Assembly (NCBI GenBank): GCA_025201805.1
Contig: MU619391.1
Span: forward strand, 2,677-56,892
Source of the DNA: Parasitella parasitica NRRL 2501
Lineage: Eukaryota; Fungi; Mucoromycota
Reading direction: 5' to 3'
Length of the DNA: 54,216 nt
Below are positions 25,780-38,599 of this stretch, piece after piece (within the stretch, counting starts at the first letter, position 1; each line of letters begins with the position of its first letter). Under the pieces are notes generated by a model. That model was not told where the DNA came from. It was given only the letters and a program-made list of their open reading frames with translations, and did no database searches. The translations under genes were made by a program, and so were the position numbers.

Positions 25780-25940
25780 GCTGTTGTTGTTGTTGCTGAA
25801 GATTTTGAGTTTGTACAGATATATGTGGGCTATTATTGTTGAGATTATTATTTGTGAGTCTGGGGGAAGATGCCGTAGACAATGGCGTATTTGGCGAGGA
25901 AGGTTGTTCATTTATGTTTAAATAAAAGTTGGGCTGTTGA

Positions 25941-25976
<36 letters not shown>

Positions 25977-27018
25977 CTGTTATCAGCAGAAGTTATAAAA
26001 ATTGGCGGGGGTGGTCTATCAGGGTCTGCTTTGAAATCAAACATGTCCAAGTTGGAAACTACTCGTGTTATCAAAACGAATTTACGTAATACGTTATCAC
26101 TTTTAGTAAAAACTTACAAGAGGCACCATACTGTTTGGACATAAAATCCATCATATCCTTCATCATTTGCTGCTGAATATCCTGCCTCTTTTTGGTTTCT
26201 GATAATTCGTTCATAGCTTGATTCAGATTCTCCTGCAAGTGTGATATTTGTTGCATCATATCTGATTGTGACATCTGCATCATAGCCATGTGTGAACTAA
26301 TATCATTAGTATCTCTTCGAACAGATTCGGTTTCTAGTGCTTTTCGTTTGATTTCATCTAATAAATCAGGCCGATTTCTCAAAAATTTGGGATGTGAGAA
26401 TTCCCAGATTTGATTCTCTGCCAGTGTGCGATGTCCTCTTGGCGATTTGTTCACTTTATGGAAACCATACCTATAATTATTTCGAGTTTAAGGATAGGGG
26501 ATTGGGTGCATATATCATACATAAACAAATAAAAATAGCACTTACATATTTAATTGTCGAACAAAACTACTGAAGTTATTGTGTTTGAAGTGCTTTGGCA
26601 ATACATCTCGAGAGAATTCTGTTATATTACACACAATGAATGAAGTGCCCGTATACGTCCAAGCGATTAGATGCTGGTATTGCTTGTCCACAACCATGCT
26701 TACATGAAACAAATTAGCTTGAAACGTTTTTAAGCTACACATCCAAAGAACATACTTGTATAGTTTATGTACAAAAGTATTCCCGCTTCCGGGCTTTGCA
26801 GCGACAGGTGGAGGCGCTGGCGAAGGCGGTTGAAGCGACATTTGCTGTGTAAACTGGTTTTGAAGTTGGTCCCAGGGAGCGTTTTCGTGTGTGAAAGAGT
26901 GTGTTGCTGGGGAAACGAGTGGTGAATTTAAAGGTGAGCTACCCGAAGATACCGAACTCCCACTAAATTGTGTGTTTATTCCTAAAGATGCCACAGAAGT
27001 TATATGGCCGTCATTCAT
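25451..27018 (-). CDS. HSF-type DNA-binding transcription factor with coiled coil and polyQ C-terminus; 4 exons
   Basis: [67 protein letters not shown]; three CAG/CAA tracts. Confidence 0.93.
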
Positions 27019-27801
27019 TTCAAAAGTGTAGAAAAAGAAAAGATAAGAAAGAAGGGTTTTTTAGAATAGAAAACCAGAAGGGATTACATTTAAATCAACC
27101 AATCATCGATGTGATATTTCCATTGCTTGCTACAGCACCAAGTGAAACTTTCTTTATCCTTGCAAATTCTGCCATTAGTTTTATATGTGCTCATATAGAG
27201 TAGCATCACCTTTATTGTATTCGCATTTCCTATACAAAAAGAAAGAAAGTTGTGCATCAACAACTGATGGAGTGGCATCTTGAAGTTGGTTATTTGGAAT
27301 TTCTGTTGAAAATAGCCCCGAAACATATTATAGAAAGCTTTTTTATTCTTTAATCGACCGAAACCATGCATCCATTACATGTTGTAGTGTTACATTTATG
27401 GTTTCTTTGTTGAGAAATTGTCCATTCCAGAAAAAACCAAGCTGAGCATTGTAGCGCATGACTTTTTATGGATCAGTAATCTGATCAAAATAAACGTAGT
27501 TTATTTAGAAGGATGGTTGGTTGATCTTCGGAGAGAAAGCCTCCACTTATGCTACAAATTTAATGACAAATTGTAACTTTCCAACTTAATTTGACTATAA
27601 AAGTAGGAATAGACCTTAAATAAAAACGGTAAAGAGCTTATACTTTCAGAAATATTTGATCGCACGCTTTATGTTTTTATTCACCATTTGTATGAATTTA
27701 TTAAGGACCTGTCTATTTTATGCAATTTTTACATATCCTCTTTTGATAATCCTTTTATATATATATAGGTATCAATAAAAAAAAAATACAATTTTTTCCT
27801 T

Positions 27802-28252
27802 CAGATAGCGCTATGATATTGAAGTTAGATCTCGGTTCAACTACGACCATTTTAACAGTAGTTATGAGCAAATATCTAATATTAAGGGTGAAGAATCATG
27901 AAAAATAAAATTGGTTTTGCAGATAACTTTTGACAGAGACATCGCCCGGTGGAAAACAAGATATGCTTAGATAGCGATGATCATGCCTGTACTTAGCGCA
28001 GCCTATCAGCGATTATATGCAATTCTGATATGAAAATTTGTGATATTATCATCTGATAATTTTATAAATATCGTTGAAAACATGGATATCAATGTTGTTG
28101 CCAGATAGTGCCAAGTCAATGTAAGTTTCCCAAGTTAGATCTTGGTTTTACGGTCATTTTAACACAAGTTATGAGCTAATATCTGATAGATATTTATGAT
28201 AAATATTGAAATATAAAACTTTTTTTACAGATAATTTTTGATAGAGACATCG
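27802..28252. repeat. Local imperfect direct duplication (~145 bp units at 27802-27944 and 28102-28252)
   Basis: CAGATAG..., AAGTTAGATCT, CATTTTAACA...AGTTATGAGC.AATATCT and CAGATAA.TTTTGA.AGAGACATCG occur twice in the same order. Confidence 0.75.
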
Positions 28253-28254
28253 TG

Positions 28255-28645
28255 TTGTATCCATATAAATGCTACATATGTCATATCTAACTTAGTTATA
28301 ATGTACGGATCATGATATTGATTGTTGGTGATTCTTTTACAAATAAGGAATAAGCTACAAGTTGTGTAATTGGACCTCTTGCAAGGTTCCAGGCTTATTC
28401 AAAGAATACATCAAGATCAGATCGCAGGGATGCTGGGAAGACATCCTACCCAATCTTCTCTTTTAATGTAAAATAGAAGAATAATTCTGTTCCTGGAAAT
28501 GTTGTTGTGATTTGATAATATTTGAACACTTTGTTGCCAAACATCAGATGTTATATGGATAAAACATTGATTAGAATATATTCTAGTATAAATAGAGATC
28601 TTCAGTTTTCTATCTGGTTTTATTCGGAAAGTCTTTATTAATTTT
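28255..28645. repeat. Dispersed repeat copy 2, similar to 1478-1885
   Basis: Colinear match to copy 1, with a deletion of about 20 bp near its right end. Confidence 0.85.
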
Positions 28646-29615
28646 CATATAACATATCCACAACATTTCGTTGCGCCTTTCATACTGGCTCAACAAATGG
28701 TACGAATCTTGTCATTCAACACTTTCACTAAATTGAAGAGCCATTCCCTGCGTGCGCAAGGTTGTAAGTGATTCTTGTCTTGGTGCATTTGGTGTGAGTA
28801 AGTGTATTCTTACTTTGCATCGGCAGTTTCCTCTGATATCGTTCAATGTCAACACAGGCATTCGGTATCTAGATCATGGCCAAAGAGAGAGGGTCCCTAT
28901 TAGCTTTTCTGAAAAAGAAAATGCAGTTGATCCGTTAATATCTGCTTCTTTAAAACCGTTACTGTAAGTTGGATGCCACAAGGACATGATTTAAATGTAT
29001 TTACTCAGAACATTGAGTCTGGGAATATTGGTTGCTTGCAAAAAAACGTTGTCGGTGTTGAAGGAAATTTACCAAGAACATAAAACTATTTTACGATCAA
29101 AGAACAAAAACTTGGCAGTAAGCATCATAAACCCAATCATTCGTTCATTGATAAATTGATAAAATTATGTGTGCAAGTACCCTCAGAGAGCTTTCTACCA
29201 GTGATGGGATCTTCTATCAATTTCATCTGCGACTTGGCCCTTTTTTTTTTTGGGAGAGGAGTAGGCTTTCATGCATTACTGCTGAATTGTGAACAGCACC
29301 CAAGACGCTGGGTAATTGCTGCAGCAAGGATAGCTTCTTGTGCTTGTAGATAAGTTTCAAGGGTTCCAATGCGGTTTGTGGATTAGTAAGATAGGCAAGT
29401 ACACCCTCCATAGGATCAACTACTCTATCTCCGTGTTGGTCGGTCACATAGTCAGTTTGTCCATCATGCTGATGAAAAGTTCATTTTTTTAATAAGAGTT
29501 TTGTTTATCTTTCAGTGACGTTTAGATTGTGCAACTTTAGTATATAAAGCAAACAGGTGGTGGTGTGCATTTATTTCTTCTTTTATTCCTCTCATTGTAA
29601 CCCGTCATCACACAA

Positions 29616-31521
29616 ATGCTCTACTGGCCGAAACTATTGATCACAGCCTTTGCAATAACCAACACATTGGAAGCATTCATACCTTTATATCTTGTAAATC
29701 AGTTGCAACTGACTGCATTGCAAGCTTCCTTTCTTATAGCCGCTGTTTATGTGTTGAGGCTATTCTCTGGCGTATGGACTTCTGTTGTGGATCATCGACC
29801 TTATATTTATGGATTTATCATCTCGCTATTAACAGCTTTATCTTCCATTGCGCTTGCTGTACTACTATCATTAACATCGCCGACATTTGCGAATTTAGAT
29901 AGTCGTTGGATTTGGACAATTTTAATCATTTGCACTATTTGTAATGGATTATTTTATCAGCCATTAGGAACATTGATTGATACTGCCATCATAAAAACAT
30001 TGGGAGATTACAGAGTGTTGTTTTATGGTAAGTTTATATATTAGGGGGCTTTATCAAGATAGCCTTGTTACAAGTGATGTGCATAATCACACTATATCCC
30101 CCTTTTCATTTATCATTGTAGGATCATATGTGCGATGGAGTAAAACCACCACTATCGTAATGACCGGAGGCATTGGCCTGCTTATCAGTGTAGTGACAGA
30201 AGATAGGTATTTAGATATCATTCTTCTGGGTGTTTACATGACTGGAATGGTATTGTTGCTTGTAATTGCGCTTGCATTTACTTCTGTGGAACCAGCCAAT
30301 GCATCACAGCTAGACATTAGTGATGAGCAAGCACCACTTTTATTGAAAAACGCACTTTATCTTACGGCTGATCAGAACAATATTGCCGCTTATCGCCCCT
30401 ATAGTATATTTGGAGAACAACTTTCACACATATCGGAGGAAGATGCAAGTCAGTTGGACCGCATGTTTACAAGAGAAGATTCATTGAGACCGATGGATAG
30501 TTACGACAGTAATGCGCCTTCGTTTTACAGCAGAAATAGCTACATGTCAGGCAGTGGCATTGCTTCTGCTGTAGAAGATAGTTATTTACCCATGACACCT
30601 GTCCCTATTTTACCAGCCAATGCGTTAGCCTTACTGCCATTACCCACACCTACTGACCCTTTAGTCGCTTTCTTTTGCTGCATGAGACCAAATCAACAAA
30701 ATACCGATGATGAACTTGTTGGTGGTTATTACTATGGACAACAGCCACCTCAAAATCCGAAAATGAATCAGTGGAAAACACAAACTTTGTCAGTTACGAT
30801 GTTGCTACTGGGAATTGCAAATGCTCTCATGGGTACATTTTTATTTGTCTATGTGTACTTTTTTATGGAATTGTCGATTTATTTCATTTCGTGTTTGATA
30901 ATGATCCATATGACCTGCGAATTGATTGTTGCGTACATTATCGAAAAGGTTTGTATTTATATAGTTTTAAAACCGATACTATATTTTAATGGAAAGAGAA
31001 GCTAGTGTCTAATCGTTATTTATCTACAGTGGTTTATTCATAGATTGAATTTGACTCTGATTACAACATTTGTACATATCATATTGATTATGTGCGCCAT
31101 CTTGTATCCATGTATGAAACCTGGTAATTTTGCAACACATGTTTCATTGTTATTACTGCAAGCTTTACAAGGTAAAGTAGATATTTGGTCTATAACGTTT
31201 GATGATTTTGAGGGGAGGGGGGAGGTTTTTTTTTTTGTAATATACTAAAGTTTTCTATCAGCTATTGCTTTTCAACTTATATGGCTTAGTGGTGCGGATC
31301 AAGTAAACCTAATTCATTGGAGTCAGAACGAAAGGATGAAGCAAAGATCCAAAATTTCAGCCCTGTTTAGTAGTATTGGACCTGCTATTGGCGCCACACT
31401 TGCTGGCTATATCTTGCAGTCGGATCAAAGTATGGAAGATTATACCCTCATTTTTAAATGCTGCGTCGCTTTATTCTCGCTAAGCTTCGTTGTGTCCTGG
31501 GGTTGGACCTCAGAAGAGTAA
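29616..31521 (+). CDS. Major facilitator superfamily (MFS_1-like/MFSD6-like) membrane protein, divergent; 4 exons
   Basis: Two blocks of hydrophobic helices separated by a long loop; WTSVVDHRP, PLGTLIDTAIIKTLGDYRVLFYG and IGPAIGATLAGY motifs; TATA-like TATATAAA near 29541. Confidence 0.75.
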
Positions 31522-32316
31522 AACAATCTTGTACATTTATATCAAAATCAGTTGAACATACATTTTCTCTTACATACCATCATTTTAACATTAAAAATAT
31601 TTTTTTCATCAAATTAATTAGTTATACTAAACCAAATCCTATAAATATACTGCATATATGCAGTTGCGAGATATTTGCCAGCACTGCATAAATGACTTGA
31701 TATTAATTTAGCTGAGTAACGCTTCTTGCGTTTGAGACAATACATGTTTACGTATAAAGAACTGATTTAATAGATATGGATTAAAAAGTATAATCTAGTG
31801 CAGTGAAGAAAAAGATTGATCCAATAGAGTGGCATACAAGTGTTGATATTATGAAAAGAAGCATTCAACATCCATCATCAAAAGAGTAGCTCACTATACC
31901 TGGATTGATGTGTCGACTCTTGAAAAAAAAAAATCAGGAATACTCTTTGAATATAGAGAAAAAAAGAAGCAGAAAAAAAAGCTTGCTTTAGATGCGGGAT
32001 GATCTATCGAGCTAAATATATTCGATATTAGGAGCTTGCAATAATAGAAACAAGGGCAACTATGAGGGCAAATGTTCATCAGCATCAAGAGCAAAGCAGC
32101 AGGGCATACGTCACACTACATTTAGATATTCCAGATTGACCCCCCTCCTTCAAAGTTATCAACCTATACTCCACACAAATAAGAAAAATAGTTGCTTTTT
32201 TTCTCTCTGCTTGTTTATATCCACTACATTAAAGCGGTAAAAGGTACAAAAAAAAGCGAGTTGATGTCAATCTAACTGCTGTCATTAGTTTGCGAACACA
32301 TTTACAATAAAGCAAC

Positions 32317-34285
32317 ATGTTGAGAGCCTCTAGATTGTGCAGCAATGGTGCTGTACGTTCAAAATTAGTACATGACTCACGACTGGCAGGATCCACCATC
32401 CTCAAGGTAGGGCCCCATACATACTTATGTGTATATATGTATATATGTATATATGTATATATGTATATATATATATATATTAGTGGATGATGAATTAACG
32501 TAAAATTCAGCGCCTTGAAAGTACGGCTGCTAGCGAGACAGTAGTTGAAAAGAAATCTGGATCGATTTCAAGTAAACTTTTCGGCTTAACTATTGTATTG
32601 GGTGCAGCATACGGTGGAGCAACATATTACGCCTTACAAGACCCTGAATTTCGCCGCCATTTCACTGAATATGTACCTGGTGCCGAAGAAACCATAAGAT
32701 TCGTACGAGATTTGCAAAAGAACCAAGATTTATCTAAAGGAACTAGTGATTGGAAACAACAAGTTGAAGAATATGCCAACACAGCCAGATCGTACGGCAG
32801 CAAAATCCAAGAAACCACTACAGACGCTATTGATTACGCTAGTGACGCATATCACGCCTTGACTGGGCAAAAAGAAGCGCTCAAGTCGCCATCGCAAGGC
32901 AATAAAGCAACTGCCAGCGAGATAGTCGCTGTCAAAGTCAATGAAAAGCCTTCGTTGATCCCAGTTCCTCCTACTACCCACACAACAACCACAGCTAAAC
33001 TCACCACCGACAAAACCGCTCAACCTGCGATTGTCAATGTCTCTATCGAAAAGCCTGAGCCTATCATTGTTAACCCAATTCGCTCTAACAACAACGTTGT
33101 TTGTGAGCTCACTCAAATCGTTACTGAATTAGCCTCCATTTTGAACGAAGCTGGCTTGTCTGCCTTGGGACGCACCATCATCAAAGAGGCTGAAACCAAG
33201 ATCAGTCAACTCAACGGTGGGTTTGAAGCATTAAGCGCTGAGGAAGCTGCTATTCTAAAGTCGCTCAAAGCATTGCGTGCTCAAGGCGATCAGTTAGAAG
33301 GAAGCCTAGAGAAATACCATGTCGAAGCCAAGCAAGCTATTCACAAGTCTCAGATCGACACTGCCGCCACTATCGTTGCTCGTGAAGCGCAATTGAAGAA
33401 TCAGTTTGAGCAGACTCGTGCAGAGATGAAAACAAGCTTTGCGCAACAATTGGCATCTGATTTACACGCTCAGAAAGAGCGTTTAGAAAGGGCCCGTGAT
33501 AATGCACTTGTACAACAAGCGCAGGAGCTGCAACGAGGATTTGTCAACCAAGTTAAATTGCTGGTTGAACAAGAGCGGGCAGGTCGCTTGGCTAAATTGG
33601 ATGTCATTGACAAGCGTTTCCAAGCTTTGTCAGCATATGCCACTCAAAATGCTCAACAATTAGATGCATCACGTCAAAACCACGTCATTCACGTTGCCAT
33701 TGATGCCTTGGCTGATGTGCTTGACCAACCTCGTCAAGAGCCATTTGCAGACGAATTGCAAGCTTTGAGCCACAATGCCAAACAAGATAAACTCATTCAA
33801 ACCGTCTTGAGCGTCGTTTCTCCAGATGTGGCCAAGCAAGGTGTCAGCACCATTAGCGAATTGTCGACTCGTTTTGCCAGTGTCTCGGATGAAATCCGCC
33901 AAGTGGCGCTTGTTCCTGAAGACGGCGGATTTGGGTCACACATTATCAGTTTTGTCATGTCCTGGCTCATGTTTAAGAAGGAGGGTTTGGTTCAAGGCGA
34001 CGATGTGGAGTCTGTTTTGGCACGTACAGATTTTTACTTGAAGAGAGATAACCTGGAATATGCTACGCGTGAATTGAATCAACTGTCTGGATGGCCTAAA
34101 AGATTAGCCCAAGACTGGATTCAATCAGCTAGACGTCATTTGGAAGTGAAACAAGCATTAGAGGTAAAAAAAAGATGACCTGAGCTTTGAACGCCAACTA
34201 GACATCAATTTTAACCTTTTTTTTTTATGTGCAAATGTAGGTAGCAGAAACACAGGCTGTTCTATTGAGTCTCTTGGAAGTTTAG
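32317..34285 (+). CDS. MIC60: MICOS complex subunit Mic60 (mitofilin); exons 32317-32406, 32511-34163, 34241-34285
   Basis: Mitochondrial presequence, transmembrane segment GAAYGG, FTEYVPGAE, long coiled coil, VEQERAGRLAKL, GDDVESVLAR, RELNQLSGWPKRLAQDWI..ARRHLEV. Confidence 0.95.
32431..32480 (+). repeat. (TATATG)n/(TA)n microsatellite in MIC60 intron 1
   Basis: Tandem GTATAT-type units followed by (TA)n. Confidence 0.85.
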
Positions 34286-34504
34286 ATTTGTTATATTTAT
34301 ATTGTTACTATACTATTGCACGCAATAAAAAAAGAAAATTACTGTAATATGCAAATTTTACATGGGATTTTTTTTGGCATGAATTGACCGAAACATCTCT
34401 CTCTCACCCCAAATCGTTTAGTTTAAAAAAGAAATGCATAAAATCAACAAAACTATACGTTTTTTTTTTTCTCTTTTTTTATCATCTAGATACTGCAATT
34501 CAAC

Positions 34505-36106
34505 ATGCCAGATTCAACAGCTACTGCCAAACTCAAAAAAGACGTGGATAACCGCATGAAAGGTGGAGTGACCATCATTGTTCTGGGTGCTTCTGGTGAT
34601 CTCGCCAAGAAAAAGACATTTCCTGCGTTGTACGCACTGTTTCGAAACAACTTTCTGCCCGAGCACGCACAAATCGTAGGCTATGCCCGCACCAAGATGG
34701 ACCGGGACGAATTCCACAAGAGAGTCATTTCTCATCTCAAGTCAGACGACCCTGCCCATGATGAAAAAGTCAAGGATTTCCTCGGCATTTGCCATTATGT
34801 TGCTGGACAGTACGACCAAGAAGAATACTGGGAGAAACTCGACAAATATGTCACAGATTTGGAGAACAAGGAATCGCTCGAGAAGGAGCAAAAGAATCGT
34901 ATCTTTTATATGGCGTTGCCTCCATCTGTCTTTGTGCCTGTGGCTTCGGGTCTGAGAAAGCATGTCTACGGCAAAGAAGCCACCACCTCGGTGGTCATTG
35001 AAAAGCCGTTTGGAAAAGACCTCGAGAGCTGCAAAGCCTTGCTCGAGGACATTAAGCGATTGTTTAAGGAGGAAGAGGTGTATCGCATTGACCATTATTT
35101 GGGCAAGGAACTGGCCAAGAACATCATGTCTGTTCGATTTTCCAACATGATATTCAGTCCATTGTGGAATGCTACCCATATTGACTCTATTCAAATCACT
35201 CTTAAGGAAAAAATCGGCACGGAGGGTCGTGGAGGTTACTTTAACGAGTTTGGCATCATTCGTGATGTAATGCAAAACCGTAAGTTGTTGTATCGAAAAC
35301 CTTTATTTGTGATGTAAATGATATGTGCTGATTCGAGTTTTTCTACAACTGCAGATTTATTGCAGCTCATGTCGCTTGTTGCCATGGAACGCCCGATTTC
35401 CCGGGATTCTGAATCAATCCGTGATGAAAAGGTCAAAGTCTTGCGTTGTGTCAAGCCGATTACAGTCGAGGACTCTCTCTTGGGACAGTTTGTCAAGAAT
35501 AGTGACAAGCCAGGTTATCTTGACGACGAAAGTGTACCTAAAGACAGTTTATGTGCTACGTTTGCGGCTCTCGTGCTTTGGGTCGACAACGAACGCTGGG
35601 CAAATGTGCCTTTCATCCTCAAAGCAGGCAAGGCTTTAGATACTGCAAAGGTAGACATTCGCATTCAGTTCAAAAAGTTACCTGGCAGCCTGTTCTGTAA
35701 TGTACCACGAAATGAGCTTGTTTTCAGAGTTCAGCCTGGAGAAGCCATGTACATGAAATTCAACAACAAATCGCCTGGTTTCTCTGATGAAACAATGATT
35801 ACCGAGTTGGATCTCACGTATGAAAATCGCTACAAGAATCTCAAGATACCTGAGGCTTACGAGACATTGATTTTGGATGTGATGCGCGGAGACCATTCAA
35901 ACTTTGTCCGAGACGATGAACTAGTCGCCGCCTGGCGCATCTTTACGCCTCTTTTGCACCGCATCGAAACCGATAAAATCAAACCCGAGCCTTACCCTTA
36001 TGGCTCTCGAGGACCTGACAAATTGGACGAATTTGTAAAGAAATATGGCGTTGAGCGATTGGCTCACGAGACCTATCAATGGCCATTACAGAAACTTGAA
36101 GATTAA
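34505..36106 (+). CDS. ZWF1: Glucose-6-phosphate 1-dehydrogenase; 2 exons with one intron at about 35280-35354
   Basis: GASGDLAKKK, EKPFG, RIDHYLGKE, GRGGYF...GIIRDVMQNH, PFILKAGKAL, YPYGSRGP. Confidence 0.98.
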
Positions 36107-36459
36107 AGGGGAAAAAAAAAAACATCTATGGTCATAAAATAAACTATTTTCAAACCAATGGTACGGCAGCCATATCCAAGATAGGACGGCAATGATTGTT
36201 TGATTTGGCAATACACATGGAACATGATGGATGAAAAATCTTGAAATTCAGTGCATTGGATTGGCTGCGCGCCAGTACTTGACATATGTTGAGCAATTAT
36301 GGGAAAAAAAGGGGGGGGGGGAAGAGGAGTCAAAAGTTGAAAAAAACGAAAGTGTTCCTCTTTCCCGCTGCGTTTTGTCTTCAGTAATATGAAGAGATTT
36401 TAAATATCCAATTCCCTTTCAGCTTCTTTCTTTTCTCGACAACTACACACAAAATAAAC

Positions 36460-37254
36460 ATGAGGAACAATTGGATTACGATTTGGGACAATACACAAGA
36501 GGCAAGGTTGATGTATGTTTCCGAAAGCGTAACTGACCATTTAGGCTGGGAGCCCGAAGAAATCATTGGAAGAGGAGGCTATGATTTATTCCATCCTGGA
36601 GACCGCGACAGTCTGCGAAAAGTCCATTTAACAAATGTTTGCAATCAAAAGATGTCTTCAATGGTATCTTATCGTGCGCTGACCAAAAGTGGCTCTGCTA
36701 TCCAAGTGGAAACCATATTGCACTACTGCCAGGATGTTCTTATTGGGTCGAACTATGTGTACGATGAAGATTCCCTAGACCACAAGGTGCGAGCAAACTC
36801 AGTCGATGAAGTCTTTGTGTGCTTGCCAGATGGTAGCCTTCAACTTGCTGGTGCTTGGAATGACAGACAAGAACATGTGCAAAATGCCATGGATACGGAC
36901 AGCTTTTCCGCTGTGCGATCGCAAGAAGATCGATTTTGTTTGATTCTGAATAGATTCTCGGAATTGCTGAATATCGTCTACGTTTCGAGACTAGCCGCAG
37001 ACCTCGTTTCATTAGATACAGCAGCAGCAATTGGCACGCCTCTCTATCAGTACGTCCAACAAAAAGATGTGCTTTCACTAAAGTCGCAGTTACGCTTGGC
37101 CAAGGAACATGGGATGGTTGTTAGACTTCGATTTGACTGGATAATAGATTCTGAAAAAGGCCTTTCTGAACCAGTGGAGGCCATTGCAAGCAGCACAGGC
37201 GATGGGATAGTTATGGTGCTGCGTTTATCCCCGCGATTCTTCGTAAATGAATGA
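36460..37254 (+). CDS. Tandem PAS-domain protein with no output domain; intronless
   Basis: MYVSESVTDHLGWEPEEIIGRGGYDLFHPGD (PAS_3-like) and a second PAS-like segment IVYVSRLAADLV...IGTPLYQYV. Confidence 0.82.
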   Translation: MRNNWITIWDNTQEARLMYVSESVTDHLGWEPEEIIGRGGYDLFHPGDRDSLRKVHLTNVCNQKMSSMVSYRALTKSGSAIQVETILHYCQDVLIGSNYVYDEDSLDHKVRANSVDEVFVCLPDGSLQLAGAWNDRQEHVQNAMDTDSFSAVRSQEDRFCLILNRFSELLNIVYVSRLAADLVSLDTAAAIGTPLYQYVQQKDVLSLKSQLRLAKEHGMVVRLRFDWIIDSEKGLSEPVEAIASSTGDGIVMVLRLSPRFFVNE

Positions 37255-38326
37255 ATCATATTCACCTCTACATTACATTTATATACATATACACATATGA
37301 TACTACACACATCAAAAGTCAGAAATAAAATACCAATTTAATGCACATTTCGTGTTCTTTATTCACATGTGGAACAAAACAATTTGGGGTGTTTGCAGTA
37401 CGCTACAAACAAGACAACATCAAAGGTTATTTGATCGCATGCATGTGTGTACTCAATATATATAACAGACAAAGCAGACAATGTAACATCTCTTGAATGC
37501 CTATGAAATACATACGTATAGATGTGTCGCATAACATCTTCCAAGTAAACGTGCCTGAATGAATTATGAGAGGCTCTATGGGTTGCATGTGGGTGGAAAA
37601 CAAGTACTTTGCGGCAACTTTTTCTTTTTTCAGACCTATTATCTCACACCAACAGCGTTGCAATCCTGCGCTTAAGAGATTCTTCAAAGAGGGTTTCTGA
37701 TCATATACATGGTAATGAGAAAAAAAAAAAAGGTACTATCTAAGGCTGGATATTAAACATTATGTACCATAATACAATATATACCAATATATAAAGCCAT
37801 CTTGTGTACAAGCAATACAAATTGAATATGCGTGTTGCTATAAAGTAATCATTTTCAAAATAAAGCATGCACTCTCAATAGGTTTGGTAAGCAAACAACG
37901 CAATTACAACAATGTGATTGTCATGACAATATCACTTCAACTTTTGTCATGTAGATTATAATTGCAATGTATTGCCCCACATTTGGTGATGCTGACTGTT
38001 CGTTGTCATTGAATGATGCTCTCACATTTAGCACTGTCGCCCTATGCATATATACAATACGTATGTCATAAGGCTTCCCATTTGTATCTCAAGAACAGGA
38101 TCCGGGGTCTGGCAAGTCGAGCCTCCAAAGAAGTGTTTTGAAAGGATCACAAGACATCAAATTTCTTATTTTGATAGATCAAATCAAATTTTCCTGTATA
38201 ATAGATAGACCTCTTACGATTGAGCCATTTATCACGGTACTTGCATGCAAAATACGATTAAAAAGAGTAGCAGCTGTTCTTGCTGAACGGCTCTCTCCTC
38301 TCCCTTTATCTTTAATATACAAAACC

Positions 38327-38599
38327 ATGCCACGAACAACTCAATATATCATTGACATGTCGATTCAATATTCACTTGTGCTTGTTACGGCTTTTGCAGC
38401 CTTTCCTATTATACTAAAAGCTGAAGGCTGGTCTCCAATCGCATCGTTCTGCACATTTGTTTTCCTGCAATGGTTCTTTCTTCGAACCGAGTTGCAAACC
38501 TTTGGAAGGGTCACTTATTCTTTATCAGTAGCAGCTCTGGGGTATAAAGTTGTTGGCTTTTACAGCGTTTATTCCTTCCAAATCGAAGAATTCCGTTAA
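38327..38599 (+). CDS. Small (90 aa) hydrophobic orphan membrane protein
   Basis: ATG in CAAAACCATG context after a CT-rich leader; about three hydrophobic segments; no recognised family. Confidence 0.5.
   Translation: MPRTTQYIIDMSIQYSLVLVTAFAAFPIILKAEGWSPIASFCTFVFLQWFFLRTELQTFGRVTYSLSVAALGYKVVGFYSVYSFQIEEFR

Noticed and set aside
7168-36106. Idea of a stress/redox gene cluster (Yap1-like, HSF, G6PD, VTC4)
   Set aside because: The genes are far apart and interleaved with unrelated housekeeping genes; no evidence of functional clustering
36098-36120. Cryptic peroxisomal read-through extension of G6PD
   Set aside because: The stop is TAA AGG, not the TGA CTA read-through context, and no PTS1 was evident immediately downstream
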